Assembly (NCBI GenBank): GCA_045106935.1
Contig: JBGCFN010000019.1
Coordinates: 20 to 64,019 of the forward strand
Length of the DNA: 64,000 nt
Direction of reading: 5' to 3'
Source: Gammaproteobacteria bacterium
Lineage (GTDB): Bacteria; Pseudomonadota; Gammaproteobacteria; UBA4575
Positions 9,846 to 20,014 of the stretch are shown piece after piece (position 1 is the stretch's first letter; every line of letters starts with the position of its first letter). The notes under the pieces are model-generated. The model was not told the origin of the DNA and made no database searches. It saw nothing but the letters and a program-made list of their open reading frames with translations. Both the position numbers and the translations under genes were made by a program.

Positions 9846-10427
9846 ATGAAATTATTTTCATCAATATACAAAAAATGTATGGATGCATCAGCACATAAAC
9901 GTGCGCCTTCAATTTTAAGTGCGTTAAGCTTTGCTGAATCATCATTTTTTCCGATTCCACCAGATGTCATGTTGGCTCCCATGTGCATGCGCTTACCAAA
10001 TAAGGCATTTTGGTTTGCTTTCCTAACGACAGTTTTCTCAGTGCTTGGCGGGATAGCTGGTTATGCGATTGGTTTTTTCTCTTTTGATTTAATTTCACCA
10101 TGGTTAGAAACGACTAAATATTGGGATAGTTATCTTCACGCACGTGATTGGTTTGAGCAGTGGGGTGTGTGGGTAGTCTTTATTGCAGGTTTTTCACCGA
10201 TTCCTTATAAATTATTTACCATCACTGCCGGTGTAATGGTGCAGCCGTTATTACCCTTTATACTGGCTTCTTTTGTTGGAAGAGGGACTCGGTTTTTCTT
10301 GGTGGCAGGGATAGTCAAATTTGCTGGGCCTAGAATTGAACCTATGTTGTTAAAGTATATCGAATGGTTAGGATGGATATTTGTCATTTTACTTGGTATT
10401 GCCATTGCATGGGCATCTACCCACTAA
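9846..10427 (+). CDS. YqaA/DedA-like (SNARE-associated) inner-membrane protein
   Basis: 193 aa multi-TM protein (SFFPIPPDVMLAPM..., several hydrophobic helices) sitting between pcm and nlpD. Confidence 0.6.
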   Translation: MKLFSSIYKKCMDASAHKRAPSILSALSFAESSFFPIPPDVMLAPMCMRLPNKAFWFAFLTTVFSVLGGIAGYAIGFFSFDLISPWLETTKYWDSYLHARDWFEQWGVWVVFIAGFSPIPYKLFTITAGVMVQPLLPFILASFVGRGTRFFLVAGIVKFAGPRIEPMLLKYIEWLGWIFVILLGIAIAWASTH

Positions 10428-10448
10428 CAACTCCTTACTTAAAATAGC

Positions 10449-11135
10449 ATGCGAATATTTTTAATTTGCTTATGTTTAGTGTTATTAACGTTTGGTTGTA
10501 CTTCAAAACCTAAACAGCCACGTCACTATCATAATAGTTACCACATTGTAGAAAAAGGTGACACACTGCATTCAATCAGTTGGCGTTATGGTGTCGATGC
10601 AAAGTCACTTGCGCAATGGAATAATATACGTCGCCCTTATACAATTTATCCAGGTCAAAAGTTACGTATCAATTCAACTGCCCCGATTAGAGGTGCGAGA
10701 TCTTCTAATAAGACTTCCTCAAGAAAACTAACGACCAAAGCAAGCAAGCCTGCTAAACCAGTAAAAACTGTTCCAGTAGGTGATTGGCGTTGGCCTGTTA
10801 AAGGAAGATTGTTAAGTAAATTTTCTGCAAATAACAATGGCATTGATCTCGTCGCTAAAGAAGGTACCGTGGTGAGTGCCGCTTCTTCTGGTAAGGTTGT
10901 CTATGCAGGAAGCGGACTGCGTGGTTATGGAAATTTATTAATTATTAAACATAACGCGAGTTACTTCAGCGCTTATGCACATTGCAGAAAGCTATTAGTG
11001 GCTGAAGGGGCGACGGTCAAAACTGGTCAGAAAATCGCAGAAGTCGGTTCCACGGGAACTAATCGAGCAAAACTTCATTTTGAAATTCGTAAAGATGGAA
11101 ATCCTGTTGACCCATTGAAATATTTGCCTCGGTAA
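10449..11135 (+). CDS. nlpD: LysM/M23 peptidase lipoprotein NlpD
   Basis: Lipobox (LTFGCTS). LysM motif (YHIVEKGDTLHSISWRYGVDAKSLAQWNNI). M23 C-terminal domain (GIDLVAKEGTVVSAASSGKVVYAG...HLHFEIRKDGNPVDP). Confidence 0.85.
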   Translation: MRIFLICLCLVLLTFGCTSKPKQPRHYHNSYHIVEKGDTLHSISWRYGVDAKSLAQWNNIRRPYTIYPGQKLRINSTAPIRGARSSNKTSSRKLTTKASKPAKPVKTVPVGDWRWPVKGRLLSKFSANNNGIDLVAKEGTVVSAASSGKVVYAGSGLRGYGNLLIIKHNASYFSAYAHCRKLLVAEGATVKTGQKIAEVGSTGTNRAKLHFEIRKDGNPVDPLKYLPR

Positions 11136-11149
11136 TAGCGCGCAGTATT

Positions 11150-11521
11150 TTAGTTAATCAGCAATAACATACCTACCTCACGCTGTTCGGCGCTTAGTAC
11201 GGCATAGGTACGACATGCTGCTGAATGATCCATTGTCTCAAAGCCAATGTTATTGCTTGCAAAGTGAGCAATTATGGCTGCGGGAGGGAAACAAAGTGAT
11301 GAGCCGCTACCCAAAATGACCAGTTCAGGACCGAGCTCAATAATAAACTGAATGGCTTCTATGGTTAATTCTGAGCTCTGTTTTAGAGGAACATGCTCAA
11401 TAAGTGTATTTGGGGACAGATATAACGAATTTCCATAACTTTGATTGTTAATAGTGACAGTATTTATGCTGTACTCATTAATAATGTAGTTACCCGAAGG
11501 CTTGTCTTCTGTAAAATGCAC
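11150..11521 (-). CDS. Mth938-like (DUF498) small protein
   Basis: 123 aa with LVILGSGSSLCFPP...HSAACRTYAVLSAEQREVGMLLL, which is compatible with the Mth938 domain. Convergent with nlpD. Confidence 0.5.
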   Translation of the reverse strand: MHFTEDKPSGNYIINEYSINTVTINNQSYGNSLYLSPNTLIEHVPLKQSSELTIEAIQFIIELGPELVILGSGSSLCFPPAAIIAHFASNNIGFETMDHSAACRTYAVLSAEQREVGMLLLIN

Positions 11522-11581
11522 GGTCTAATTTTCGCTTACAATTTTACTAAATAGTACTTTAAGTTCTGGAATAACGCATCA

Positions 11582-12760
11582 ATGGAAGATTTTCCAAGAA
11601 TTAAGCGGTTACCGCCGTATATTTTTAATATCGTCAATGAGCGAAAGGCAGCTTTTCGTGCAGAAGGTGAAGATATCGTCGATTTTGGGATGGGAAATCC
11701 AGATCAAGGTGCGCCTGCCCATATTGTTGAAAAACTAGTCGAAGCCGCTCAACGAAATGATACTCATCGATATTCAGTCTCCCGAGGTATTCCTCGGCTT
11801 AGAAAGTCAATTTGTGGCTGGTATAAACGCAAATTTGACGTCGATTTAGATGAAGATACTGAATCAATTGTCACTATAGGGTCAAAAGAAGGCTTAGCGC
11901 ATTTAGCACTAGCCATGCTGAGCCCAGGTGATGCCGTGCTTGTGCCAAATCCTGCTTACCCAATCCATCCTTATGGGTGTGTCATCGCAGGTGCTGAAGT
12001 AATCTATGTGCCATTAACAGAAGATACTGACTTTTTTGAGGAGTTAGAAAAATCCATTAATGCCGCGTGGCCAAAACCAAAATTAATCATACTTAACTTT
12101 CCTGCCAATCCGACAACTCAATGTGTTGAGCTGGAGTTTTTTGAGCGCGTAATCGAGATCGCCAAACAACATAATATTTGGGTGATCAATGATATTGCGT
12201 ATGGAGAAATTACGTTTGATGGTTACGAGCCACCTTCTATACTACAAGTTAAAGGTGCCAAAGATATTGCTGCAGAATTTTACTCGTTATCAAAAACATA
12301 CAATATGCCAGGTTGGCGAGTAGGGTTTATGTGTGGGAATAAAACATTGGTTGGCGCATTATCCAGGTTAAAATCATATCTTGATTACGGGATGTTCACG
12401 CCGATACAAGTCGCGGCCATTGCGGCATTGGATGGCCCGCAAGATTGTGTCGATGAAATTCGCAATATGTACTGTTCGCGTCGTGATGTACTAATCGAAG
12501 GATTGAATAATATGGGTAGGCAGGTCGAAGCACCTAAAGCCACCATGTTTGTTTGGGCAAAAATTCCAGAAAGATTTGCTGAACAAGGGTCGCTCGAATT
12601 TTCAATGCAAATGTTAGAGCAAGCTAAAGTTGCAGTTTCTCCCGGCGTAGGCTTCGGTCAATATGGAGATAAGCATGTGCGATTTAGTTTAATAGAAAAT
12701 GAACACAGAACACGACAAGCCTTACGTGGAATTAAAAAAATGTTCCGCAATTCTGAATAA
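11582..12760 (+). CDS. class I/II PLP-dependent aminotransferase (AlaC-like)
   Basis: 392 aa with the [15 protein letters not shown] Schiff-base lysine motif typical of fold-type I aminotransferases. Directly upstream of hom-thrC. Confidence 0.8.
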   Translation: MEDFPRIKRLPPYIFNIVNERKAAFRAEGEDIVDFGMGNPDQGAPAHIVEKLVEAAQRNDTHRYSVSRGIPRLRKSICGWYKRKFDVDLDEDTESIVTIGSKEGLAHLALAMLSPGDAVLVPNPAYPIHPYGCVIAGAEVIYVPLTEDTDFFEELEKSINAAWPKPKLIILNFPANPTTQCVELEFFERVIEIAKQHNIWVINDIAYGEITFDGYEPPSILQVKGAKDIAAEFYSLSKTYNMPGWRVGFMCGNKTLVGALSRLKSYLDYGMFTPIQVAAIAALDGPQDCVDEIRNMYCSRRDVLIEGLNNMGRQVEAPKATMFVWAKIPERFAEQGSLEFSMQMLEQAKVAVSPGVGFGQYGDKHVRFSLIENEHRTRQALRGIKKMFRNSE

Positions 12761-12781
12761 CTTAAGAGAACAAATAGCATC

Positions 12782-14092
12782 ATGAAACCAGTCACAATTG
12801 GAATTTTAGGATTAGGTACAGTTGGTGGAGGCACAGCCACTGTTCTACAACGAAACGCTGCAGAAATTGCTAGGCGTGCTGGGCGATCTATCGAGCTTGT
12901 CTCTGCCAGTGTACGTGATATTAATAAAAAGCGTAGTGCTGAATTGGATGACGTGAAGTTAACGTTAGATTCAAATGAAATCGTCGATGATCCTAATATT
13001 GATATTATTCTAGAATTGATCGGTGGAACTGATTTAGCAAAAGAACTTGTCTTGCGCGCAATTGAAAATGGAAAACATATTGTGACTGCAAATAAAGCTT
13101 TGATTGCGTTACATGGTAATGAAATTTTTGAAGCGGCTCAGCGTAAAGGTGTAACGGTTGCGTTTGAAGCTGCAGTTGCAGGTGGAATTCCTATTATCAA
13201 AGCTATTCGAGAAGGATTAGCTGGAAATCAAATTGAGTGGCTTGCCGGAATTATTAACGGTACAGGTAATTTCATTTTGACAGAGATGCGTGATAAAGGT
13301 CGAGACTTTATGGATGTGCTTAAAGAAGCACAGGCGCTTGGTTATGCTGAAGCTGATCCGACATTTGATGTGGAAGGAATTGATGCAGCTCATAAACTCA
13401 CAATACTTGCGTCAATTGCTTTTGGCGTGCCATTACAGTTTGAAAAAGTGTATACAGAAGGCATCTCGGAAATAACACGTGCTGATGTTGAATATGCTGG
13501 AGAGTTAGGCTACAGAATTAAACATTTAGGCATTGCACGACGTGTCGAGTCAGGTTTAGAAATGCGAGTTCATCCAACTTTAATTCCTCATCGACGACTG
13601 ATTGCCAATGTCGATGGAGTGATGAATGCTGTGTTAGTGAGAGCTGATGCTGTCGGCCCAACCTTGTATTACGGACCAGGGGCAGGTGCTGAACCTACCG
13701 CATCCGCTGTTGTTGCCGATCTTGTCGATGTGGTAAGAGCATTAACGACTGATCCAGGAAATCGTGTCCCTCATTTAGCTTTCCAACCAGATGCGATACA
13801 AGATATTGATGTTTTAACAATGGATCAAGTTGAAACAGCATTTTATTTGCGAATGCAAGTACAGGATCAAGCAGGTGTCTTAGCTGATGTGACGCATATA
13901 TTTGCTGATCATGACATTAGTATAGAAGCTATCGTTCAAAAAGAAGAAAAGGATGAGCAAGGTTGTGTGCCTTTAGTTATATTGACTCATAACGTACTTG
14001 AGTCAAATATGATGGCTGCCATTCATAAAATAGAGAGCCTGGCAACTGTGACAGGAAAAATCATTAAAATTCGATTGGAAACTTTAGGTTAA
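12782..14092 (+). CDS. hom: homoserine dehydrogenase
   Basis: MKPVTIGILGLGTVGGG Rossmann start. Catalytic region (NGTGNFILTEM, AQALGYAEADPTFDVEG). C-terminal ACT domain. Confidence 0.9.
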   Translation: MKPVTIGILGLGTVGGGTATVLQRNAAEIARRAGRSIELVSASVRDINKKRSAELDDVKLTLDSNEIVDDPNIDIILELIGGTDLAKELVLRAIENGKHIVTANKALIALHGNEIFEAAQRKGVTVAFEAAVAGGIPIIKAIREGLAGNQIEWLAGIINGTGNFILTEMRDKGRDFMDVLKEAQALGYAEADPTFDVEGIDAAHKLTILASIAFGVPLQFEKVYTEGISEITRADVEYAGELGYRIKHLGIARRVESGLEMRVHPTLIPHRRLIANVDGVMNAVLVRADAVGPTLYYGPGAGAEPTASAVVADLVDVVRALTTDPGNRVPHLAFQPDAIQDIDVLTMDQVETAFYLRMQVQDQAGVLADVTHIFADHDISIEAIVQKEEKDEQGCVPLVILTHNVLESNMMAAIHKIESLATVTGKIIKIRLETLG

Positions 14093-14096
14093 GTTT

Positions 14097-15242
14097 ATGC
14101 AAGATATCAAGACACATTACACAGGATTAATTAAACGCTTCCTGCCTAGATTGCCCATTGATCCTAATGGAAAAATCATTAGTTTAGGTGAGGGTAATAC
14201 TCCTTTAATATTATGCCGAAACATTAAAGTTGCGAATGAGCATGATGTCTCTTTGTATTTGAAGTATGAAGGATTGAATCCTACTGGATCTTTTAAAGAT
14301 CGTGGGATGACTGTTGCTGTCACCAAAGCAGTTCAAGAAGGAAGCCGTGCCATTATCTGTGCATCTACAGGTAACACTTCAGCTGCCGCGGCTGCTTATG
14401 CATCGCGTGCAGGAATTACTGCCTTTGTTTTAATACCTGATGGCAAAATTGCCATGGGTAAACTTGCTCAAGCAATGATTCATGGTGCCATTGTCATTCA
14501 AGTGCGTGGTAATTTTGATGATGGTATGCGCCTGGTTAAGGAAGTCGCAGACCATGCGCCAGTCGATATTGTAAATAGTATCAACCCATATCGATTACAA
14601 GGACAGAAAACCGCATCATTTGAAATTGTAGAAGAATTAGGTAAAGCACCTGATTTTCATTGCTTGCCTGTTGGTAATGCAGGAAATATAACCGCGCATT
14701 GGATTGGATATACAGAATGTTCAAGTGATAACGGATCAATCCAAACTCAAGCATGTAACTTATGTTCAGGTACTTGCAAATTCAATACACCTGGAGTTAT
14801 CTCCTCTAGACCTAAAATGGTGGGATACCAAGCTGCGGGAAGTGCACCTTTCATGCGCGGTGCGATGGTAGATGAGCCAGAGACAGTCGCAACAGCGATT
14901 CGAATTGGTCACCCTCAGAGCTGGGATAATGCTTGGACAGTATCAAAGGAATCTGGTGGATGGTTTGATGAATGTAGTGACGAAGAAATTTTAGCGGCAC
15001 AAAGAACATTAGCCAGTGATGAAGGTGTATTCTGTGAGCCAGCATCAGCCACTTCAGTTGCTGGGGCATTAAGAGATATTAAAAACGGTAAGATTCCTAA
15101 AGGAAGCTCTGTTGTGTGTACATTAACAGGTCACGGTTTGAAAGATCCTGACACTGCGATTAAACAAGCCACTAGCAAAATGATAACAATAGATGCCAAT
15201 TTAGATGAAGTGAAAAAAGCTATCCTTAATAATATGGAATAA
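14097..15242 (+). CDS. thrC: threonine synthase (short form) with Cys-rich insertion
   Basis: PLP-lysine motif (GLNPTGSFKDRG) and ASTGNTSAAAAAYA. Follows hom by 4 bp. Carries a ~22-aa insertion bearing four Cys (C208, C220, C223, C227). Confidence 0.88.
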   Translation: MQDIKTHYTGLIKRFLPRLPIDPNGKIISLGEGNTPLILCRNIKVANEHDVSLYLKYEGLNPTGSFKDRGMTVAVTKAVQEGSRAIICASTGNTSAAAAAYASRAGITAFVLIPDGKIAMGKLAQAMIHGAIVIQVRGNFDDGMRLVKEVADHAPVDIVNSINPYRLQGQKTASFEIVEELGKAPDFHCLPVGNAGNITAHWIGYTECSSDNGSIQTQACNLCSGTCKFNTPGVISSRPKMVGYQAAGSAPFMRGAMVDEPETVATAIRIGHPQSWDNAWTVSKESGGWFDECSDEEILAAQRTLASDEGVFCEPASATSVAGALRDIKNGKIPKGSSVVCTLTGHGLKDPDTAIKQATSKMITIDANLDEVKKAILNNME

Positions 15243-15261
15243 TTAGTTCAATTAGAAGTGA

Positions 15262-16179
15262 GTGTTTTTAGTGTCAATGCGGCTGTTTAAAAACATTAAA
15301 ACAAGCAAAATTTTATTATTGCTGGTTTTTCTGCTCACGTGTCAATCATCGTTATATGCGCATCCTTTTCTGTGGAAGGCAACAGGCGAGCATGAATTTT
15401 ATCTGTTTGGCACAATTCACCTTCCTGATCCAAGAGTCACAAATATTTCCGACGAAGTTGATCAAGCATTAAAAGAGTCTACCTCATTTTATGCAGAGTT
15501 AAATCTTAGTGAATCGAATACTATGATGATTAAGCAATCTATGTGGTTGCCTGAGAAAAAAACTTTGCATGATTATCTTTCAGTTGAATTAGAAGAGCAG
15601 ATAGAAAATTATCTCAAAGATATCAATCCTGATTTAAATCTAGAATTTTTTGTAAAACAAAAAATATGGGTGTTAGCGATTACTCTAACGGTAATTGAGC
15701 AACAGCTTAAATTTCCTGGTCAAGCAGCATTAGACGCTGCTTTGTTTGAAAGAGCTGAAAAAATTGGGTTGGCTACTGGAGGTTTGGAAACGGTTGAAGA
15801 ACAATTAAGCGTATTTGAGTCTATGAGTGAAAAACAACAAATCGAATTTTTGAGAGATACTGTTGAGTTTATGGAGCTAACAAAAAATCAAAACATTGAT
15901 TTTATAGAAGAATCATTAGATGCCTATTTACAAGGAGATTTAGATCGTTTGATGTCGTACTTGATGTCATATATGAAGGATAATGAATTTTATGATCAAT
16001 TATTAGAACGATTAATAGATCAACGAAACCACAAGATGGCTGAGACAATTGAGCGATTAGTATCTGAAAATATATCGGAGAAATACTTTTTTGCAATAGG
16101 AGCAGGACATTTTTGGGGTGATAATGGAATTAATACGCTATTACAAAGTAAAGGTTATTCAATAGAACAAGTAGATTGA
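15262..16179 (+). CDS. TraB/GumN-family protein (secreted)
   Basis: Signal peptide, then HPFLWKATGEHEFYLFGTIHLPD, which is characteristic of the TraB/GumN family. 305 aa. Confidence 0.65.
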   Translation: MFLVSMRLFKNIKTSKILLLLVFLLTCQSSLYAHPFLWKATGEHEFYLFGTIHLPDPRVTNISDEVDQALKESTSFYAELNLSESNTMMIKQSMWLPEKKTLHDYLSVELEEQIENYLKDINPDLNLEFFVKQKIWVLAITLTVIEQQLKFPGQAALDAALFERAEKIGLATGGLETVEEQLSVFESMSEKQQIEFLRDTVEFMELTKNQNIDFIEESLDAYLQGDLDRLMSYLMSYMKDNEFYDQLLERLIDQRNHKMAETIERLVSENISEKYFFAIGAGHFWGDNGINTLLQSKGYSIEQVD

Positions 16180-16232
16180 AGCTAATAACAAATTTATGTC
16201 AACAATAATATTTGGAGAATAAAGGAAAATCA

Positions 16233-17468
16233 GTGAAAGTAAGAGAAAGATTTATACCTTATAGACGAGCAGATATTGTAGACATGTGTCAAGCGGATGG
16301 AAGCCTGTCACCAGAGGAAATTAAGGAGTTTAATAATTTTTGTGATGTGTTGACAAGCTTGTTTCATTTTAAATTTCATAAGAAATTAGAACTTATGAAA
16401 AACTGTTATGCCATTTTTGATCCAGATAGAGATACACGACAAATAAATATTAATAGTGAAGATATTAATACGCAAAAGAGGAACCTTGAGGAGCAGTTAA
16501 CGCAAGTACTAGAACAAGCTAATTATGAATCAGTTTCAGAGTCTGATTTAGAAGAAGCTTTGCATGCTGAATCTTTATTCAAAGTTAAACTCCAAGTTGA
16601 TTTTAATGATTTTGAAGAAGTATTGTTTTTTCGACGTGGATTGAGTGATAAGAAGGAAGCTGTCAAACAATGGTTTGGTTTAAGGAAGCGCACAATTGAA
16701 ATGCAAGTATATGACAGAGTGCTTGTGTATGTTCGATTTAAAGATAAAGCTTATTTCGACAGTCTTGAGCGTACCGAACTGTATTTTGAGCCAGGATCGA
16801 CGATTGTAAAGTTATTTAGAAACGTTCCTAAGAATGATTTAGAAATGCTATTTCCAAATACAGAGGTCCGTATGAAACCAATTGATAAGATTTTAATTGG
16901 TGTTCCAACCGCCGTTGGTGGGATATTTATGTTGGTAACCAAGTTAGGGGCAACATTATTATTAGTTTTCTCAGTGTTGGCTTTTTGGCTCGGTTTGCAT
17001 GATCAGCCAGCAACACTTGATCAGCCGACTCTCATTGCTTTAATTGTGGGCTTGGGTGGATTAGGTGGATTCTTATGGCGTCAATTTAGTAAATATAAAA
17101 ATAGAAAAATTCAATTTATGAAGCAATTGGCTGAAAACCTTTACTTCAAAAATCTAGATAATAATGCAGGAGTATTTCACCACCTTATTGACACTGCCGA
17201 AGAAGAAGAATGTAAAGAAACAATATTAGCTTATTATCATTTATATATTTCTGGTCAAGCTCTGTCTTTAGAGGATCTCGATAAAAATATTGAACAATGG
17301 TTTAGTCAAAAATACCAATGCGAACTAGATTTTGAAATGCAAGATGCATTAGATAAGCTGATAAGACTACAGTTAGTGGAAGAAATTCAAGAGAAATATC
17401 AAGCAAAATCATTGTCGAGTTCTAATAAACAATTGGATTGTTTATGGGATGGATTTTTTAATTATTAA
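16233..17468 (+). CDS. membrane protein of unknown function (DUF3754-like)
   Basis: ~410 aa with a central pair of TM helices (ILIGVPTAVGGIFMLV..., LLVFSVLAFWLGL). GTG start at 16233 is preceded by AAAGGAAAA. Family assignment is tentative. Confidence 0.45.
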   Translation: MKVRERFIPYRRADIVDMCQADGSLSPEEIKEFNNFCDVLTSLFHFKFHKKLELMKNCYAIFDPDRDTRQININSEDINTQKRNLEEQLTQVLEQANYESVSESDLEEALHAESLFKVKLQVDFNDFEEVLFFRRGLSDKKEAVKQWFGLRKRTIEMQVYDRVLVYVRFKDKAYFDSLERTELYFEPGSTIVKLFRNVPKNDLEMLFPNTEVRMKPIDKILIGVPTAVGGIFMLVTKLGATLLLVFSVLAFWLGLHDQPATLDQPTLIALIVGLGGLGGFLWRQFSKYKNRKIQFMKQLAENLYFKNLDNNAGVFHHLIDTAEEEECKETILAYYHLYISGQALSLEDLDKNIEQWFSQKYQCELDFEMQDALDKLIRLQLVEEIQEKYQAKSLSSSNKQLDCLWDGFFNY

Positions 17469-17483
17469 TAATTATATAAAATT

Positions 17484-18128
17484 ATGAAAACTCTCAGTAA
17501 ATTGATAGAAAATAATCGTGTCTGGGCTAATAAGATTAAAGATGAAGACCCGGAATTCTTTGCGAATTTATCTCAACAACAAACACCAGAATATCTTTGG
17601 ATAGGTTGTTCCGATAGTCGTGTCCCGGCAAATCAAATTGTAAATCTTCCGCCCGGGGAAGTATTTGTACATAGAAATATTGCTAATGTTGTTGTGCATA
17701 CTGATCTGAACTGTCTATCAGTCATTCAATTTGCAGTTGAGGTATTGAAAGTTAAACATATTATAGTGTGTGGGCATTATGACTGTGGTGGAATTAAGGC
17801 CTCGCTAGAAAAAGAACAACATGGATTAATCGATAATTGGTTAAGGCATATTAAAGACGTAGCAAGATTTCATGCAGAGGAATTATCAAAATTGTCTGGA
17901 GATGAGAAGCAATCACGACTGAGTGAATTAAACGTTATCGAGCAAGTATTTAATGTATGTAATACCACTACGGTACAAAACAATTGGAAACTAAATAATG
18001 AATTGTCTGTTCATGGTTGGATTTATGGAATTGAAGATGGAATTCTTAAAGATTTAAATACCTGTGTTAGTTCCATAGATGAATTGCATCAATTATACGC
18101 AGCGTTAAAATTGGGGTTACAAGAATAG
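17484..18128 (+). CDS. can: beta-class carbonic anhydrase
   Basis: Zinc-ligand motifs (CSDSRV and HYDCGG). 214 aa. Confidence 0.85.
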   Translation: MKTLSKLIENNRVWANKIKDEDPEFFANLSQQQTPEYLWIGCSDSRVPANQIVNLPPGEVFVHRNIANVVVHTDLNCLSVIQFAVEVLKVKHIIVCGHYDCGGIKASLEKEQHGLIDNWLRHIKDVARFHAEELSKLSGDEKQSRLSELNVIEQVFNVCNTTTVQNNWKLNNELSVHGWIYGIEDGILKDLNTCVSSIDELHQLYAALKLGLQE

Positions 18129-18361
18129 TAGTGTTTAGACAGAATTAAATTGCATTTGTTAGTGCTTAAATTTTCATATAACTATTATTTAGTGCAATAA
18201 CATATTAGCTTCTTTTTTGATTCATCAAACTTGCGAAATATTATCTAAATACATCTTATTTGGTGCAACATTTATCTATCTTAGTGCGTAAATCCTTAAT
18301 TATTAAACATATTTTCTTCGTTATTTTATTAACTTGTTGATTTCTTTAAAAGTATTCTATG

Positions 18362-18377
18362 TGGCACATAATATGCG
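18362..18377 (+). promoter_or_regulatory. candidate sigma-54 (-24/-12) promoter for fmdA
   Basis: TGGCAC-ATAAT-ATGCG gives GG-N10-GC spacing, ~45 bp upstream of the fmdA ATG, with an RBS AGGAG between. Confidence 0.45.
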
Positions 18378-18421
18378 ACTACTTTACTGATTAGAATATT
18401 ATTCAGCTAGGAGTAAGCATA

Positions 18422-19648
18422 ATGATAGAAACACTTATTGAAGTCAGTGTAGATAAAACGCCAGAAGAACAAGCCGATAAACTACATAACCGTTGGCATC
18501 CAGATATCCCATTTACCTCAACGGTTAAACCTGGTGAAGAGTTTAGAGTGCAATGCATTGATTGGACGGGTGGTCAGATTGAAAATAATGACAGTGCTGA
18601 TGATATTCGCGATGTAGATCTTACTAAAGTACATTATCTTAGTGGTCCAATTGGTGTTGAAGGGGCTAAACCAGGTGATTTACTAGTTGTAGACATTCTA
18701 GACGTTGGGGTTTGCCCAGAATCGGCATGGGGTTTTACGGGTTTCTTCGCACGTGAGAATGGTGGTGGATTTTTAACAGAGCATTATCCAGAAGCAAGAA
18801 AAGCTTGCTGGGACTTTAGCGGTGTATGGGCTTCATCACGACATATTCCTCATGTGAAATTCCCAGGCACTATGCACCCGGGTTTAATAGGCTGTCTGCC
18901 ATCTGCTGATTTATTAGATGAATGGAATAAGCGTGAAACTAAGCTTGTAAATACAGACCCAGATAGAGTACCTCCACTAGCCGCGTTGCCATATGCAGAT
19001 ACTGCGTTAATGGGTTCATTAACAGGACCAGCAAGAGATAAAGCAGCAGCAGAGGCCGCGAGAACAGTGCCACCAAGAGAACATGGGGGTAACTGTGACA
19101 TTAAAAATCTATCGCGAGGCTCAACAGTGTATTTTCCTGTTTATGTTGATGGTGCTGGTCTTTCAATGGGAGATATACATTTTTCACAAGGTGATGGTGA
19201 GATCACATTTTGTGGTGCCATCGAAATGGCAGGGTACCTGGATATTAGAGTTAATATCATTAAAGGTGGAATGGAAAAATATAGTGTAGTTAATCCAATA
19301 TTCAAACCAAGTAAAATTGATCCAGATTACTCAGATTATTTAATTTTTGAAGGGATCTCAGTAGATGAAGATGGTGAACAGCATTATTTAGATCCTCATA
19401 TTGCCTATCGACGAGCTTGTTTAAATGCAATTGAATACATGAAGAAGTTTGGATTCACTGGAGCCCAAGGATATGCGATTTTGGGGACAGCACCGGTTGA
19501 AGGGCATATCAGTGGAATCGTTGATATACCAAATGCTTGTTCTACATTGTGGTTGCCGACCGGAATTTTCGACTTTGATATTAATATCAAAGAAGAAGGT
19601 CCAAGTAAGTATGTGACTGGTTCTGAAGATTTAGCTTTTACAAGTTAA
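18422..19648 (+). CDS. fmdA: formamidase / acetamidase (FmdA-AmiF family)
   Basis: 408 aa with N-terminal MIETLIEVSVDKTPEEQADKLHNRWHPDIP, typical FmdA length, and a downstream fmdB-like zinc-ribbon gene. Confidence 0.85.
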   Translation: MIETLIEVSVDKTPEEQADKLHNRWHPDIPFTSTVKPGEEFRVQCIDWTGGQIENNDSADDIRDVDLTKVHYLSGPIGVEGAKPGDLLVVDILDVGVCPESAWGFTGFFARENGGGFLTEHYPEARKACWDFSGVWASSRHIPHVKFPGTMHPGLIGCLPSADLLDEWNKRETKLVNTDPDRVPPLAALPYADTALMGSLTGPARDKAAAEAARTVPPREHGGNCDIKNLSRGSTVYFPVYVDGAGLSMGDIHFSQGDGEITFCGAIEMAGYLDIRVNIIKGGMEKYSVVNPIFKPSKIDPDYSDYLIFEGISVDEDGEQHYLDPHIAYRRACLNAIEYMKKFGFTGAQGYAILGTAPVEGHISGIVDIPNACSTLWLPTGIFDFDINIKEEGPSKYVTGSEDLAFTS

Positions 19649-19678
19649 TCTAAATTAAAATATAAAGGAGCGTAGATA

Positions 19679-19990
19679 ATGCCATTATATGAATATCGTT
19701 GTGAACAGCATGGTGAGTTTACTCATCATGCAAATATCGCCAACCGAAATGATGTAGTTCATTGTCCATCATGTGGCTTGGATACGATTCGCATAATCTC
19801 CGCTCCTGCTTTGTCATTAATGAATGAAGGTAATAGAAAAGCATGGGCCAAAAACGAAAAGAGTGCTTCTGACCCTATTCGTAAAACCAAACATACTTGT
19901 GGACATTCTTGTAATCATGATCATACGCATAAAAAGCAGGAGTATATGCAGCCGACACCAGGCGGACGACCATGGATGTTAGGTCATTAA
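19679..19990 (+). CDS. fmdB: FmdB-family zinc-ribbon regulatory protein
   Basis: MPLYEYRCEQHGEF...CPSCG CxxC...CxxC zinc ribbon followed by a His/Cys-rich tail. Immediately after formamidase. Confidence 0.7.
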   Translation: MPLYEYRCEQHGEFTHHANIANRNDVVHCPSCGLDTIRIISAPALSLMNEGNRKAWAKNEKSASDPIRKTKHTCGHSCNHDHTHKKQEYMQPTPGGRPWMLGH

Positions 19991-20014
19991 TAATTAATGT
20001 AAAAATAAAATTAG

